Shown: piece after piece, positions 51,457 to 64,000 of the stretch
How positions within the stretch are numbered: position 1 is the first letter of the stretch
How the letters are laid out: each line of letters starts with the position of its first letter
NCBI GenBank assembly: GCA_009103225.1
Contig: RHPI01003788.1
Coordinates: 294,421 to 358,420, forward strand
DNA: 64,000 bases
Reading direction: 5' to 3'
From: Chlorokybus atmophyticus
Lineage: Eukaryota; Plantae; Mesostigma and Chlorokybus algae
The notes under the pieces: generated by a model
Told to the model about the DNA's origin: nothing
Database searches by the model: none
Seen by the model: only the letters and a program-made list of their open reading frames with translations
Made by a program: the position numbers and the translations under genes

Positions 51457-54400
51457 TGACTGATCTTGATTGTGCGTGCAGCCCTGTCGCGCTCAATCAC
51501 CATGCCAAGGAACCACTTGGCCTCTCCAAGATCACGAACTGAGGATGCTTGCAGAGCAAGTTTCGTCTCCTGCAGGTGGTGCACCTGCCTGGCGGTGATG
51601 ATGATATCATCAACATACACGAGCAGCCAGACCTTATGGTCTGCATGGATAAAGAGCCCAGAGTCTGCAGAGGATGCGGTGAAGCCAAGTGCCTCCAGCT
51701 CCTTGGTGAGCTTGATGTGCCACATACGCGGTGCCTGTCGCAGCCCGTACAGAGCCTTGATCAGCTTGCACGCTGTGCCTCTCTCCCCTTCTTCATATCC
51801 ATGTGGTTGCTCGATGAAGATCTCCTCCAGCTCTCCGTAGAGGAAGGCAGTCTTCACATCCAGATGATGCAGCTCTAGGTCTTCAGCAGCAACCATAGCT
51901 AGCAGTGCACGGAAGGTGGTATGCTTACTTGCAGGTGCAAACACTTCGTTGAAGTCCACACCTTCCTGCTGCAAGAAGCCCTTTGCCACCAGTCTTGCCT
52001 TGTAGCGTTCAATGTTGCCCTGACCATCACGCTTCACCTTGAAGACCCATTTCACTAGAATGGTCTTCACTCCTTGCGGTAACTGCTCCAGTGACCAAGT
52101 GTTGTTGGCATTGAGTGACGCAATCTCCTCGTCCATAGCACGCTGCCATTGCTCCGCATCTGGTGCTAACAATGCCTCCTCGTAGGTGCTTGGCTCCTCA
52201 TTCTGCACACTGGCGACGTGTGCCTTGTGTAAGAAGTCAGGTGCCTGTCTCTCCCTCACTGGGTATCTTCGAGCTGCGTGTTCCTGCTGTTGGTACGGCT
52301 CCTCTTGGCTTGCTACAGCTGAGTCCTGCTCACCCTTGTTGTTGATGATGGCCTTGCCTGTAGCCTCCACTGTTTTAGGATGCTCCGGCTGTGCTTTATC
52401 TTCAGGAAAGAAGCCTGCTTCTGGTTGTGATAATCCCTCGTGGAAAACCAACTCTCTGCTCACAATGATCTTCTGAGTGTCCTCGAGCAAGATCCTGTAA
52501 GCCTTGGAACCCGGTTCATAGCCAACGAAGATGCCCTTCTTGCTGACCAGCTCCAGCTTGTGCCTGAGCTGTTTAGGCACTAGTGCATATGCCGTGCATC
52601 CAAATACACGCATACCACTCACATCTGGTGTGGCTCCAAAGAAGTGCTCCCACGGAGTCTTTTGCTCTGAGCTCACCGGAGACCTGTTGCGGATGTAGTT
52701 GGCAGTGAGTACCGCCACCTTCCACAAACTGTCTTCCATCTTTGTGTCTTTGAGCATGGCTCGAACACGCTCCAGGAGTGTCCTGTTGAGGCGTTCAGCT
52801 GCTCCATTCTGCTGCGGGGTGTAGGGTGCCGTTGTCTCGTGGCGTATGCCCTTGCTGGCGAAGAACTCCTTCAACTCCTTGTTGATGTACTCCCCTCCTC
52901 GATCACTCCTCATTGCCTTCATCTTGTTGCCAGACTGCGTCTCCAACAAGGCCACGACTGTGCGCACAGCTCCAGCAACTTCTGACTTCAGTGTCAGCGG
53001 AAAGATGACGGATAGCTTGCTGCAGTTGACGAGGAATGTAGCAAAGTACCTGACCCCTCCCTTCGCCACAATGCGCATAGGGCCACAGACATCCATGTGC
53101 ACAAGCTCGCAAGGATGCTGACTGCTAGAAGAGGATGATGGGAATGGCATAGCATGCTGCTTTGCAACCAGGCATGGTTCACGAAGTGCATCTAATGCAT
53201 TCGTGAGTTCTTCTGTGCTCAGATGGATGCCCTTGACCATCTTCTCAACGACAAGGCGAGTGAGGTTGACGTAGCTGAGATGCCCGAACCTTTAATGCCA
53301 CAATGTTGGCGACTCCTTGTCCTTCACCATCATGGCTTGAATGTCAATGTCCTGAGGGTGCTGCTCCACGTGGTAGAGCCCTCTCGGATCAGCGATTCCA
53401 ACCATGTGCACGACCCCATCAAGGATGACTGTGCAGCCACCCTTCCGAAATAGGATCTTCGCGCCTAAGCGCTCCGCAACCCTCACAGAGAATAGACTCG
53501 CAATAGCCTTAGGAACATGCAGGACATTGCGTAACAACACCTCGCGTAGTGTGTTACCAACCTTGCACTGGAGTCGTACGTTGCCAACTCCCTCAGCCAC
53601 CAGTACTTCACCACCGAAGCCCGCCACCTTGATTGTGGACGTCAGCTTCTTGTAGCCCTCCATCACCTCCTTGTTTGGTGTGAGATGACGATCGCAGCCA
53701 GAGTGCACCACCCAGAAAGCTGTGCTCGCCCTCGAACTGGATGTAGTGAAGGCGACATGTTTCTCCTTGTGTTGGTGCTCGTTGCCGCTGTTGCTGGTGC
53801 TTGCTCTAGGTTGCCCCTGATGTTTCTTCCTACAGTCCTTCACAATGTGCCCCCTTCCAACCACACCAGTGGCATGTGAGGTCTTTGTGACGAGGATTGC
53901 CTGGCTTGTTGCCCTTGTACTTCTCTTCATGGTTGCTCTTCTTTGCGTGCTTGCCGGTGTAGAAGGCGACGGCATCCGCTTGCTCGTCCTTCTTCACAAC
54001 CCTCTGCTCCACGGTGAGCAGCTTCGGTAGCACATCGTCCAACGTCAACTCGGATGATGACGTTTCCAGCAGGGTTGCGACGACCTCATACTCTGCTGGT
54101 AGCCCTGCAACAATGGCCAGCACTACCTCCGTCTCCCCCATGTTGTGGCCGACGTTGATGAGGTCCGCCCACAGCTCTCTCGCGCGCGCAACATACTTTG
54201 TGATGGGTTCTGCTGCCTCCTTCCTGAGTGCGCTCAGCTGCTTGCGTAGCTGCAATTTTCTGGCGTTGTTCTTGGCTCTGAAAACGGCTGATAGCTTTTC
54301 CCAAGCTTGTCTACCATCTTCACATGCAGTGAGCATGGGAAAGTGATGCGGTTTGCTGTTCAACACAAGCAAAGAGTGTGCTTCTGCTGAATGCTCTGAC

Positions 54401-54579
54401 CACACAGTGTTCGCTCCTGGTGCTGGTGGTGGTGCCTTCGGATCAACGTACTTCCACACCTTCTTGTGGATGAGCAAGGCCTTGATCTCCACGCACCATG
54501 TATTGTAGTTGTCGGTGTCCAGCTTTGCAATCTGCCCCTTGTCGTAGGTCGCCTCCATCTTTGTCGTGCCTGCCTTCAC
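51457..54579 (-). pseudogene. Copia B gag, protease, integrase and RT (frameshifted)
   Basis: LDTDNYNTW; CHWCGWKGH; LVHMDVCGP; MRSDRGGEY; QQNGAAER; LLVYVDDIII. Confidence 0.92.
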
Positions 54580-55095
54580 TTGCAGTTGACACCCAAGGCT
54601 CTGCTACCAACAAGCTACCGTAGTGTAGAACTACTATGCACACAAGCTAGTCTCACACTCCTCAAGCGTAGTGTGGGCCCATAACCTGTTGAAGGACTAG
54701 CATGCACATGTAGTTGAGGCAAGCATAGACACACAGAGACAGAGCTACCGCCACCAGAGCATACACAAGTCACATCACATTCATCTATTACAAGTTGTCC
54801 GCTGGTTCTTATACCAGCCAGTTACACACACGTCTACGTTTGCAAGCACTGCGTAAGCTATACTCAGCCTTTTGATGCGCTCTAAGCTGCGTTTTCTTTC
54901 TTACAACCAGAGCTTCTCAACAAGCTCTCACACGCCTAGTATGAGTAAGTATACGCGGAGATACGAAGCAGTTAGTAAGGCTTCTGTCTGGAGTCCGGAG
55001 TCTGGTCCGACGATGCCATCTTGCTAAGTCCGGACCTAGTGCTCGTCCTTACGACCTTCTACTCCTGTGTGGAGGGTCGATGCTGATTGTATGTN

Positions 55096-56480
55096 TTTGC
55101 ACTTCAAGTGGTTCAGAAGGTTTAGGACTAGCTGTTTGCACTTCAGGTACTCTTGCACAATATTGCATGTGTTTCTGCCACTCAACTACACGTGCCTACG
55201 GTTCATAACTAGTTTTTTGCACTTTAAGCACTCTTGCACAATAACACATGCAATCCTGCCACTCCGGTGCATGTGCCTATTGGTGCGCGAGTGTGCTTGA
55301 AGTGCAAACCATGTTTTGCTGGTTCAGGACTAGTTGTTTGCTCTTCGTGTACTCTTAAACAACATAGCAAGGTTCCTGCACCTCAATTGCACATGCCTGA
55401 GGGTGGGTGAATGTGGTTGAAGTGCTAACGTGGTCTTAATGGTTCAAAAGTAATTCTTTGCACTCAAGGCACTCTTGCACAATATCGCATGTGGTTTTGC
55501 CATTCAAGTGCATGTGCCTGGGGGTAGGTGAGTCAAGCTGATCGCTTTTTAGGTGGCCATAAGCATCCGGACTAGTTTTGCACTTTATGTACTAGTGCAC
55601 GTTAATGCATCTGATGCTGCAATCCAATTGCATATGCATGAGGCTCACGCGAAGTGAGTATGCATGGAGTGCAACTCTCTTATTCTAAAGGTCAAAGAAG
55701 GGCTCCAAGTTGTTCCTTGCAGATCTGATACTCTTGCATAATAATGAATGTGATTTTATCACTGAATTGCACGTGATAGTGGTGGGTGAGTGTGCCTAAA
55801 GTAAAATATGAGTGCTGTCCCACTCGTGCACCCAATCACATGTGATCCTACATGAGGATGGGTGACTATGTCTGCATGCATAGGCGGTGTCATGAACACC
55901 TCTGGTACTCTTGCACAACACTCAATGTGACCCTTCCACTTGAATGCATGTGCCCAAGGCTGGGTAAGTTAAGCTGATTGCTTGAAAGGTGCGCACAAGC
56001 ATCTAGACTCGTTCTTTGCAATCTAGGTATTTTTCTACAATATTGCCGGTGATCCTGCCACTTAATTGCATGTGACTAAGGGTGGGTGAGTGTGCTCGGA
56101 GTGCAAATTTATTGCAAAGGGTTCAGAACTAGTTCGTTGCACTTCAAATACTCTGCACAACACAGCATGTGACACCTAAATGCATGTGCCTGAGGGTGGG
56201 TGAGTCAAGCTGATTGCTTGAAAGGTGGGCACAAGGATCTGAACTCATTCTTTGAAGTCCAAGTAATTTCCTACAGTATTGCAGGTGACCACAACACTCA
56301 ATTGCGTGTACATGAGGGTGGTTGAGTGTGTTTAAGGTGCAAATCTGGTTTTGAGGGTTCGGGACTAGTTCGTTGCACTTGAGGTACTCTTGCACAACAC
56401 TGCATGTGACCCTGCCACCTAATTGCATGTGCCTGAGGGTGGGTGAGTCAAGCTAATTGCTTAAAAGGTGGGCACAAGGA
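55096..56480. repeat. Satellite with a unit of about 120 bp, right part, with A/B dimer alternation
   Basis: Same unit as 42900-44150. The B variant (GAGTCAAGCTGATTGCTTGAAAGGTG) alternates with the A variant from about 55960 to 56470. Confidence 0.88.
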
Positions 56481-56914
56481 TTTACTATGTTTGAATGCAT
56501 GCATTGGAGGTGACCTGAAGTGCACAGTGCACACTTTTGCCACTCTCAGGGAAGGGTGAGTATTTTGCTTTGTTGAGTGTGTCTAGTTGCTCAAGCCGTT
56601 TGCAGATGTTAATGAACTTGCATGTGTATATACTAATAGCTAAGTAGTTAAGCGAACATACGCATGCACCAGTAGCCATGCACGCGGTTGCCTGAATGTC
56701 CAACAAACATGTGGAATGCTAGCATTGTTGCCTAACTCTGTCATGTCAGTGGTGTACATTTTGCAGTGCACATGGCCATGGAACTAATCGACCATCTACA
56801 ATCACGTAGTTGTATGCCGCCGTGTGATGTGTGGCCATGCCAACCAGCGGCACTTCTATTTGCTGAAACATTGACGCAACTCCAGTCGCAGCATTGAACA
56901 CACCTGTCACAATC

Positions 56915-56917
<3 letters not shown>

Positions 56918-56951
<34 letters not shown>
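56918..56951. repeat. (GA)n microsatellite
   Basis: About 17 GA units followed by a G run. Confidence 0.9.
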
Positions 56952-56962
<11 letters not shown>

Positions 56963-57136
56963 GCCCTGAGAGCTGTGCTCACCAAGCATGGTGTTTGTGG
57001 TCACATGTGTCTGTAGTGAATGAGAAGTGCCTGCTCGTTCACCTGTTGCACACACCCGCAAGTGAACACATTGAGCGTTAAGCCAGTGCAAGCGAGTGTT
57101 GCTGTGCAGGCAGCACCAGCAGATAAAGCCCTCAGG

Positions 57137-60100
57137 CTAAGGCTTACCGTGGGTACGTGTCTGACTTGCCGGTGCTGCACCATCATGATTGACACTAGCT
57201 TCGGCTTCTCCACCTGGCCCAACTGCACACAAGCTATTCAGCATGCAAGGGTAACCATCAGCAAGTGTGTGTGGGGGGGGGGTCTCACCGGGTGGGGGGT
57301 GAGCAGCATCAATGTTGCACTGTGAGTTGTTCTTGGCCGCCGCTGCTGCAGCCTTCTTGCTCCTGGTTTCAGCAGCTTTGCGTGCTCCTCTGCTGCGATT
57401 CGCTGAAACAACTTGCAAGTGCTCAGTGTACCACCTGACTTCATCCGCTCCCCCCACCAGCAGCTGCTTGGCCAGCATGTCCGCAAACGCCTGAACTTGG
57501 GAACCGTCACCATCATGTTTGCCAAGCAGCCCGGCGGTCTTAGCAGCCTCGGCAATCCTGGTAGATGGCGGTGTTGGTGGATCACAGCTTGCACCTTCCG
57601 CTTCAACCTTCTCCCACACTTGCTGTGCCGTTAAGTATTGCCCTGTGCAGATCGTCCTGTTCCATCGCTTGCATTCCTCACAACCAATGCCGCCGTATGG
57701 CCGAGCTAGATCTATTGTTGGCCAAGGAAAAAAGCCATATGAGGGACCACCAGCAAACCATCTTGTTGCTGATGCTGGCGGCCCCGCCATGCACTCGGGG
57801 TGTGGACAACCAGGCTTGTAATAACAGCGCAGCATGAACACATACTAGCATGGAACATCTGCTCTTTGTTCTTGGGCGTATTTGTGGTTGTTCAGCACAA
57901 GCAGCACCTTATTAAAATGTGCCGCCAGGTTTGGTTGCAGACGTGCCAAACGCTGCCGGTCAACAGCGCCACTCCCATACTTCTTGCCCTCCATAGTACC
58001 ACCCTTTAGATACGCCAACAAGTAGGCTCTGCGCCGCAGCAATGCTTGAGCACTTGCATCATTGCAGCCTTGTACCAGCTTGATGCTTGTTTTGCCGAAG
58101 GAGCAACCATCAACCCTCTCTATGTACATCTCCGTTGCTGCCTGCATGTTGTTGCTATACATGGCTTCGTCCAGCTTCTTGTCTCGCATGTTGTTTCCTT
58201 CCAATGTGGATGTGATGAACAAGCCTGCATGTCCTTGAGCCAAGCAACCGTATTGCAGCTCGGTGCGGTTCTTGTATGAACAGCCTGCCTCCCTTGTTGT
58301 CAACAAAGACACACGCTTCGCATTGACAAAATGACGCTGAGCAAAGTGGAACTGCACCTCCACATGGGATGGGCCTTCATCGCTTCCGCCGTCGGCGCGA
58401 TAGTGAATATACTCTTTCTCCCCACCTGTGGCAGTGTTGAGAACGGCTGCTTTGGCCACGTGCAAGGAATTGACCATATCCATATCGGCTGCATGCTGTG
58501 CTGGACACTTCTCATAACTGCCAGTAGCTTTAACAACACCGACCGCCACTTCCGTTGTGGTCTTTGTGGCCGGAAAGTTGTACGTATTGGTCTGCAACAC
58601 GGATGTATACTTGTTCACATAGTCTGCGCGGACAGTCAAAGCCAGTTCGTCGCGCAGCATCGATGTAGGGTGCTTGCTGTTGACAGCACAATCCAATCGA
58701 AACCCTGCCGCGTCGTCACGCCCAAGCACAACCTTGTCCTGGCCATCCTCTAGCTGTAGCCAGTCCAGTCCATTGTAGAGTGCAGCAGACCAGTGCGTAT
58801 CTGGGTTGGCTTTTAATGAAGCCTTTGGGCATGCGACGTGACGCAATTGCTGCCAACCCTTTGTAACGAGCAGCTGAACAGCGTCGCTTATTGCGCGCAA
58901 CGCATAGCTGTACGACAGTCCCATAGCTGTTATGCTCACCGTAGTGGCTACGCAGCAGCTTCGGCATACACATGAACGTCATCTTCTTCTCAACTCGCCT
59001 GTTGCCGTTGAAGATCAGAAGGCCTGTCCGACGCCAGCGATCAGCACCCACACCCGCTGTGCGGCACAACACCTCCATAACATCTCCAACGTCTGGGTGT
59101 CTGCGCTCGAAAGCTTGTCTCCTTCCCGTTGCAGAGCGTGCACGTCCCCACATGCCAAACTCAGCCACAGCAACTGCAATACCCTTTGTACGCTGGCGCC
59201 GCAACCTCCGCCGCTGCTTGGCCACCATTGCGCTGAACCTAGGGTCTGCTACTGACTGAATCCCAGTAAAGTTGATGTCCTCATTAGAGTCATCAAAAAT
59301 GTCGCCTTGCACAGCAGCTGATGCTGTAGCCACTCTCTCTTGCCTTTCGTCTTCAATCACACGAGTAGCTTGCAGTAGCTGTGCTTGAGCAAACTCCAGT
59401 GGTGTCTCTTGTAGCAAAGCATGGCCATGACGCAGCACACCCTCAATATCTTCCTTCAAACTCAACCTCTCTTCGAGTGCAGACACGAAGCGGCCCCAAT
59501 GACAACCCACGTCAGCTATCAACCTTAACAAGTCAGCGTCTGCTACACCAACTGGCTCGAGTGTCAAAGATGGTGTCGAAGCAGCCTCGTCCACTTCCAG
59601 TTGTTCTCTTCTCAAGTCGTCAGCCTCATCATCGCTGCTATCAAACTGTTCAATACCCAACGCCTGCAACAGTATCTTATCTTGTTCGTGATACACCTTG
59701 TTGAAAACCTCGCGAACCTCCATGCTTGATGCTAACGCCTGCTAGATCTTTCGTCTGCGTGTGGCCATCTGAGTAAGCCCATACTCCTCCAATGCTCGCT
59801 TATCACCCATGCCGCTGGTCGCTGCAAACATCAAGCCTTGCTGGTCTGCTTCGGTTGATGACAGATCACACAACAGCCTCAACAGTGGCTTGGACAAGCA
59901 TGGTGAAGTAGTCACTCTCTCCTTGGCAACAAAGCTGGTGTACAAACGCTGCATCTTCAAGTAGTCTACGCCTTCATACTTCTCCACCACCCAGATTGAC
60001 CCATGCAACATCAAGGTCACAACGGGCAGCTGCAGCACCGCTCGTCTCGTGTTGTACGACAAGTATGCACCAGTTGTTGGTGACAGCAGATCATGCACCT

Positions 60101-61716
60101 CACGCAATGGTACAGCGCCTTGGTCTAACACTCGGTTCGCAACGCGCACGAGTCCATCACATCGGTGACAAGGAGCCTGATGCTTGGCCAAGGAATGAGC
60201 TGAAGAAGCTCGCATGTAGTCCTTCAAAGATGTGCCGGTTGCTATGGATACGTACACGCCGGGCCCAACACACTGTTGCTGTGCATCATCCAAGCGTCTG
60301 CCCTTCAACGCCCAGTACGACAACATGATGCCCTGCTGCATGCTGCCCCCACCTGGACACAACCATGTGGTGGATGCAGCTACTCCAAAAAATGCTCTTC
60401 CTCATGGTCAATGTCATCTTCACACTGATATTGCCCACTATGGCAAGCCTCGTGTTGTTGCTCATCTCCCAGTGCATCCTCAACCTGCTCCTCTTGCTGT
60501 GCGTCAACATGAGTCTCTATGTTGACATTCACTTCTTCCATAGCAGTGTCACTGAGTGATGATGTGTCTGACTGTGTGGTGTCTGCAACACCACTCCTCA
60601 CAGTGTGCTCAAGATCCCGCTCACAGCAATCGTCCTTGTCGGTGCAGCTGTCGCTGACTGGGGTGCGTTCACACGACTGCGCACGCTGAGCTTTGGCCTT
60701 GCGCTGGGCATTTGACCTGTGCTTGGTTTGCAGCATGGCAATCTGCAACTCAACTGCCTTGATTTCGCTGCTGTAGTCCAGAATCTTTGCTGTGTTTTCA
60801 TTGCTTTCTCGTGCTCACCTTGCTGAGACTGAGCTTCCACTGCATTGGCCGCCAGTTGCTTGGCCTTCTTGACCTCTTCAAGCTGCTCTTCCAAATGCAG
60901 CAGATGTGTTGCACAATGATCTGCTGTTGTGTATTGACGCTTCTTCCTCTGCACTGCATGCGCACCAGCTTCGCGTTGTTGAAGCACTACTTTTGAGCGT
61001 GAGCCACTGCGCTTCTTGAAGTCATATGTGCGACTAGCCAGCATGCGCACCAGTACCATCAATAACCCTCTGTGTGCTGCAAGGCCTGGGTACTTCATGC
61101 ATAGCAAGATGCCAGCAAAATTCATAGCTATCTCATAGTCCTTCAGGTTGTCTCGCTTGTACAACACTGCACCTTTAGCTGCTTTTACGTCATCTGATGA
61201 CATGACCTCCGGCAAGCTTTCAACAGCAGTCAACAGCTGCTCAGTCTCCTCGACAGTAAGGCTCGTGGGCTGCTTGGAGAGTTGGCGCACAACAAGCTTC
61301 ACAACATCACCACTCGGAGCAGCTGCAAAGTCTGTGCTGCCTTGATTGGACACTCTCTTGTACGTCATGAACGCAGTGAGACTGCTTTGCACACCCTGAG
61401 TTCGACGTGTTGCTGCCATGACGGATGATGACGTGACGGTAGGGGACACGGCATTGCGCATCATGCCAGCTGGCGTGGCCGCGTTGAACTTCATTTTCTG
61501 CAGCAGTCCCAACATGCGCTTCACATCGAACTCCTTCATCTTCAAGGCGTCATCATGTAAGATCTCTTGCAGCTCAGTGTCTTCAGCGTCTAACAGATCC
61601 TGCACCGACTTCACTCTCAGCTCCTGTAGCTGATGTTCGTACTCCATGCACGCGCATGACTCAAGGAAGTCAGCCATGGCAGGCAATGCGGCCATGGTTT
61701 CCTGCATGAAGGTCAA
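57137..61716 (-). pseudogene. Large transposase: SAM-like N-terminus, coiled/acidic linker, Zator/TP36-like DDE core, Cys-rich C-terminus
   Basis: Consecutive ORFs 60598-61716, 60380-60748, 59742-60362, 58716-59723, 57845-58939 and 57137-57841, joined by in-frame stops or frameshifts. Motifs GRDDAAGFRLD, ADGGSDEGPSH, REAGCSYKNRTE and CYYKPGCPHPEC...CEEC..CTGQY. Confidence 0.75.
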
Positions 61717-62850
61717 GCGAATGACTGAGAGTTGAGCGCTGTTCAGCGGTGACAGTGCTGCTTGCTAGCAAGCACATGCATGCAGAACACCAACACAAGT
61801 GGATGCTGCTGAGGATGACGGTGGTGACCATACTATAGATGGCAGGCATATGCATGCAGGACTTGAGATGACGACTGCTGTTGACGATACACATGTAAGC
61901 ACGCATATGCAAGTGCACACGCCCAAGAACAACAGCACAAACAACTTGATAACCATCTTGATCATTGTGGCAGACGATGAGATAAAAAGGCAAGTGGTGA
62001 AGCACATTCAGCTGTAGGTGTTGTTCACTTTAATCAATAATATTCCTACCAAGCCCATGCCCTCAATTGAAGTATTACTGCAACATTACCAATTGCTCAT
62101 CGTGTGGACGCAGCTGCAACAGCGTATGTTGCCTTGCAAACAATGTCTCTGACTGTTTACAATAACGTGCTAACTTGCACCTGTAATGGTGCAGCCGCAA
62201 TCTGAACTAGCAGCAGTCAGTGCAATGGACTTTAAGTAAATACTATACAGCACAAGAAAAGTAGTAGCAACGAGTATAGCTACATGCAAGTGGATATGGT
62301 TGTGGTTGCAGCAAGTAAAGTGAGCAACAACATGCATGTGACGCTGTACTGTTAGATCAACAAACATGCCACTGAGTGGCCTTAACTGCGTGCTCCAAGC
62401 AGAAGCGAACTTGCTGACAGTGAGTGAAGCAATGTGTTGCTTGACAAGCGTACCTCAAGACTCAACGCCTTGTGATGTCAATAGTCAGACCAGCTCCGCC
62501 CACGTCAGCTCCAATCCCACCGCCGCCGCCGCCGCCGCCGCCACTTCCTGCTCCTTCTTCTTCAGGCTGAGCTGGGTCACACGTGCTTTCCCGCCATTTT
62601 TGTGCCCGAGGGGGGTCGGCCGGTAATTGTAAAGGAGTTGGGCGGGGGATGTGCAAGTGCCCGACCCAATGCTGCAAGATGTATAGGGAATTGTAGTCAG
62701 CCCCACCCCTCATGTATCGGAGATGATGGGGCCTTACAAACAGGCCGTTTCCGACACTGTGGGGCATTGTGGGGCAGAATTCCGGCCCATGGGGCAATTC
62801 CCCACACTCGCCCCATGCGGGTGGGTATCGAGGTACACTTGATAGGTGCA

Positions 62851-63208
62851 TGACCAAGCAGGAGACTCCGGACTTGCTCATGAGGCTGGCGCAGCCTGAC
62901 GCAGCCAACGCCTTGGAGAACGGCGAGAACTCCGCGTATATTTAGCCTTAGGAGACGTGGCTTAGCTTGTTGGAAAGCTTTGGCTGTAAGCTAGACAATT
63001 AAGCTTACATAATGGCAATCCGCTGAGTATAGCTTACGCGGTGCTTGCTAAAGTAGACATGTGTAGTCTGGCTGGTATAAAGGCCAACAGAATTAACAAG
63101 TTGTTGGTTCGGGTGAAACCCCTTTGCAAGCCTTGTGTGCACGCTTTGTGTGTATGTTCTAGTGCATGTGTATGCTGTAGTTGGCCAGCGCTAGCTCAGT
63201 GTTCAACA
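62851..63208 (+). repeat. 3' part of the split 5' LTR of copia A2
   Basis: Matches the reverse complement of 36877-37235 and ends TTCAACA. Followed by PBS GGTTATGGGCCCAC at 63209-63222. Confidence 0.93.
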
Positions 63209-63314
63209 GGTTATGGGCCCACACTGCTAGTGGTTCAAGAGAGGACACAGCAACTAGTGGAAAAGCTGAGCGGAACTGCTATTTGCAGAAGACCTCTGAC
63301 ATAGGCGTGACAAG

Positions 63315-64000
63315 ATGGCAGAAGATGAAGACTCCAGCGTCAGGTTGTTGGTGGCACCTCTAGAACTGGAGAACTACAGCACATGGAGCATAAAGATGAA
63401 GGCGCTCTTGAAGCACAAGGGATTGTGAAAGTATGCCGATCCCAACGGTAACGCACCTGTAGAGGGTACGCAGAGTGTGTGGTTGGAGAAGAGTGAAAAG
63501 GCATTGCATTGCTATTCTTAAACGTGAAGGATCACCATCTCGTGATGCTTGATGAGTGTGAGCATGCAAAGGAAGCGTGGCAGAAGCTGGCAAATACATT
63601 CAAAGCAAGCAACAATGCAAGGAAGCTGTTGCTGAGACGGCAGCTGAACGTGCTGAAGATGGAGTCAGCGGTTCCTATCTCCAAGTACGTGAGACGAGCA
63701 AGGGAGCTGTGAAAAGACCTCACTTTAATAGGCGCGAGGTGAAGGAGGTGGAGCTGGTTTGGGCTATCCTCTCCGGTCTTCCTGAGGAGTACGACATGGT
63801 GGTGACCGTGCTTAAGACGCCAAGGCAAGAACTCAAGCTCAATGTGATGCTGCCCATGCTGCGTCAACAAGAAGAGAAGACAGGCAGGAGCTCCCTTCAT
63901 CCCTTCCTGACAAGGGATGAAGCAGATTCGGTGGCGTTTGCTGCTTTAAGCTCAAAGAAAGGAAGTCAGGGTGGAGGAGGAGGCTCGTACAACGGTGGCA
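63315..64000 (+). pseudogene. Copia A2 gag (decayed, runs off the window)
   Basis: MAEDEDSSVRL..., NVKDHHLVMLDECEHAKEAWQKLA, near-identical to the A1 gag but frameshifted. Confidence 0.92.

Larger units (their letters stand above)
44151..55095 (-). mobile_element. Ty1/copia LTR retrotransposon B, inserted in the satellite and interrupted by a chromovirus
   Basis: LTRs 44151-44574 and 54687-55094 (right end lost at N55095). PBS GGTTATGGGCCCAC at 54673-54686. TSD CTTTG inferred: left flank CTTTG, right flank N-TTTG. Confidence 0.93.

Overview
Eukaryotic, transposon-dense 64-kb window. The lineage is probably a green or streptophyte alga, inferred from spliceosomal introns full of TGCG/TGCA repeats, plant-type tRNAiMet primer sites and Osser-like copia elements. 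One clear host gene is present: a spliced PAS-HisKA-HATPase-REC-like-REC hybrid histidine kinase (about 18.55-22.49 kb, +). The left half holds decayed DNA-transposon genes (DUF6729-like, En/Spm-like), a cluster of TA-flanked MITE-like units, microsatellites and a decayed L1-like LINE. The right half is a deep nest. A decayed Ty3/gypsy element with a PHD finger was hit by a copia element. That copia's 5' LTR is split by a previously unrecognised 28,046-bp element (34805-62850) with 24-bp TIRs and a TGA target duplication. The large element carries a decayed, roughly 1,500-codon SAM-like plus Zator/TP36-like DDE transposase, a 120-bp satellite and a gag/protease-like remnant. It also contains two later copia insertions, one of which contains a young chromovirus. 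All family assignments come from motif recognition by eye; no database searches were run.
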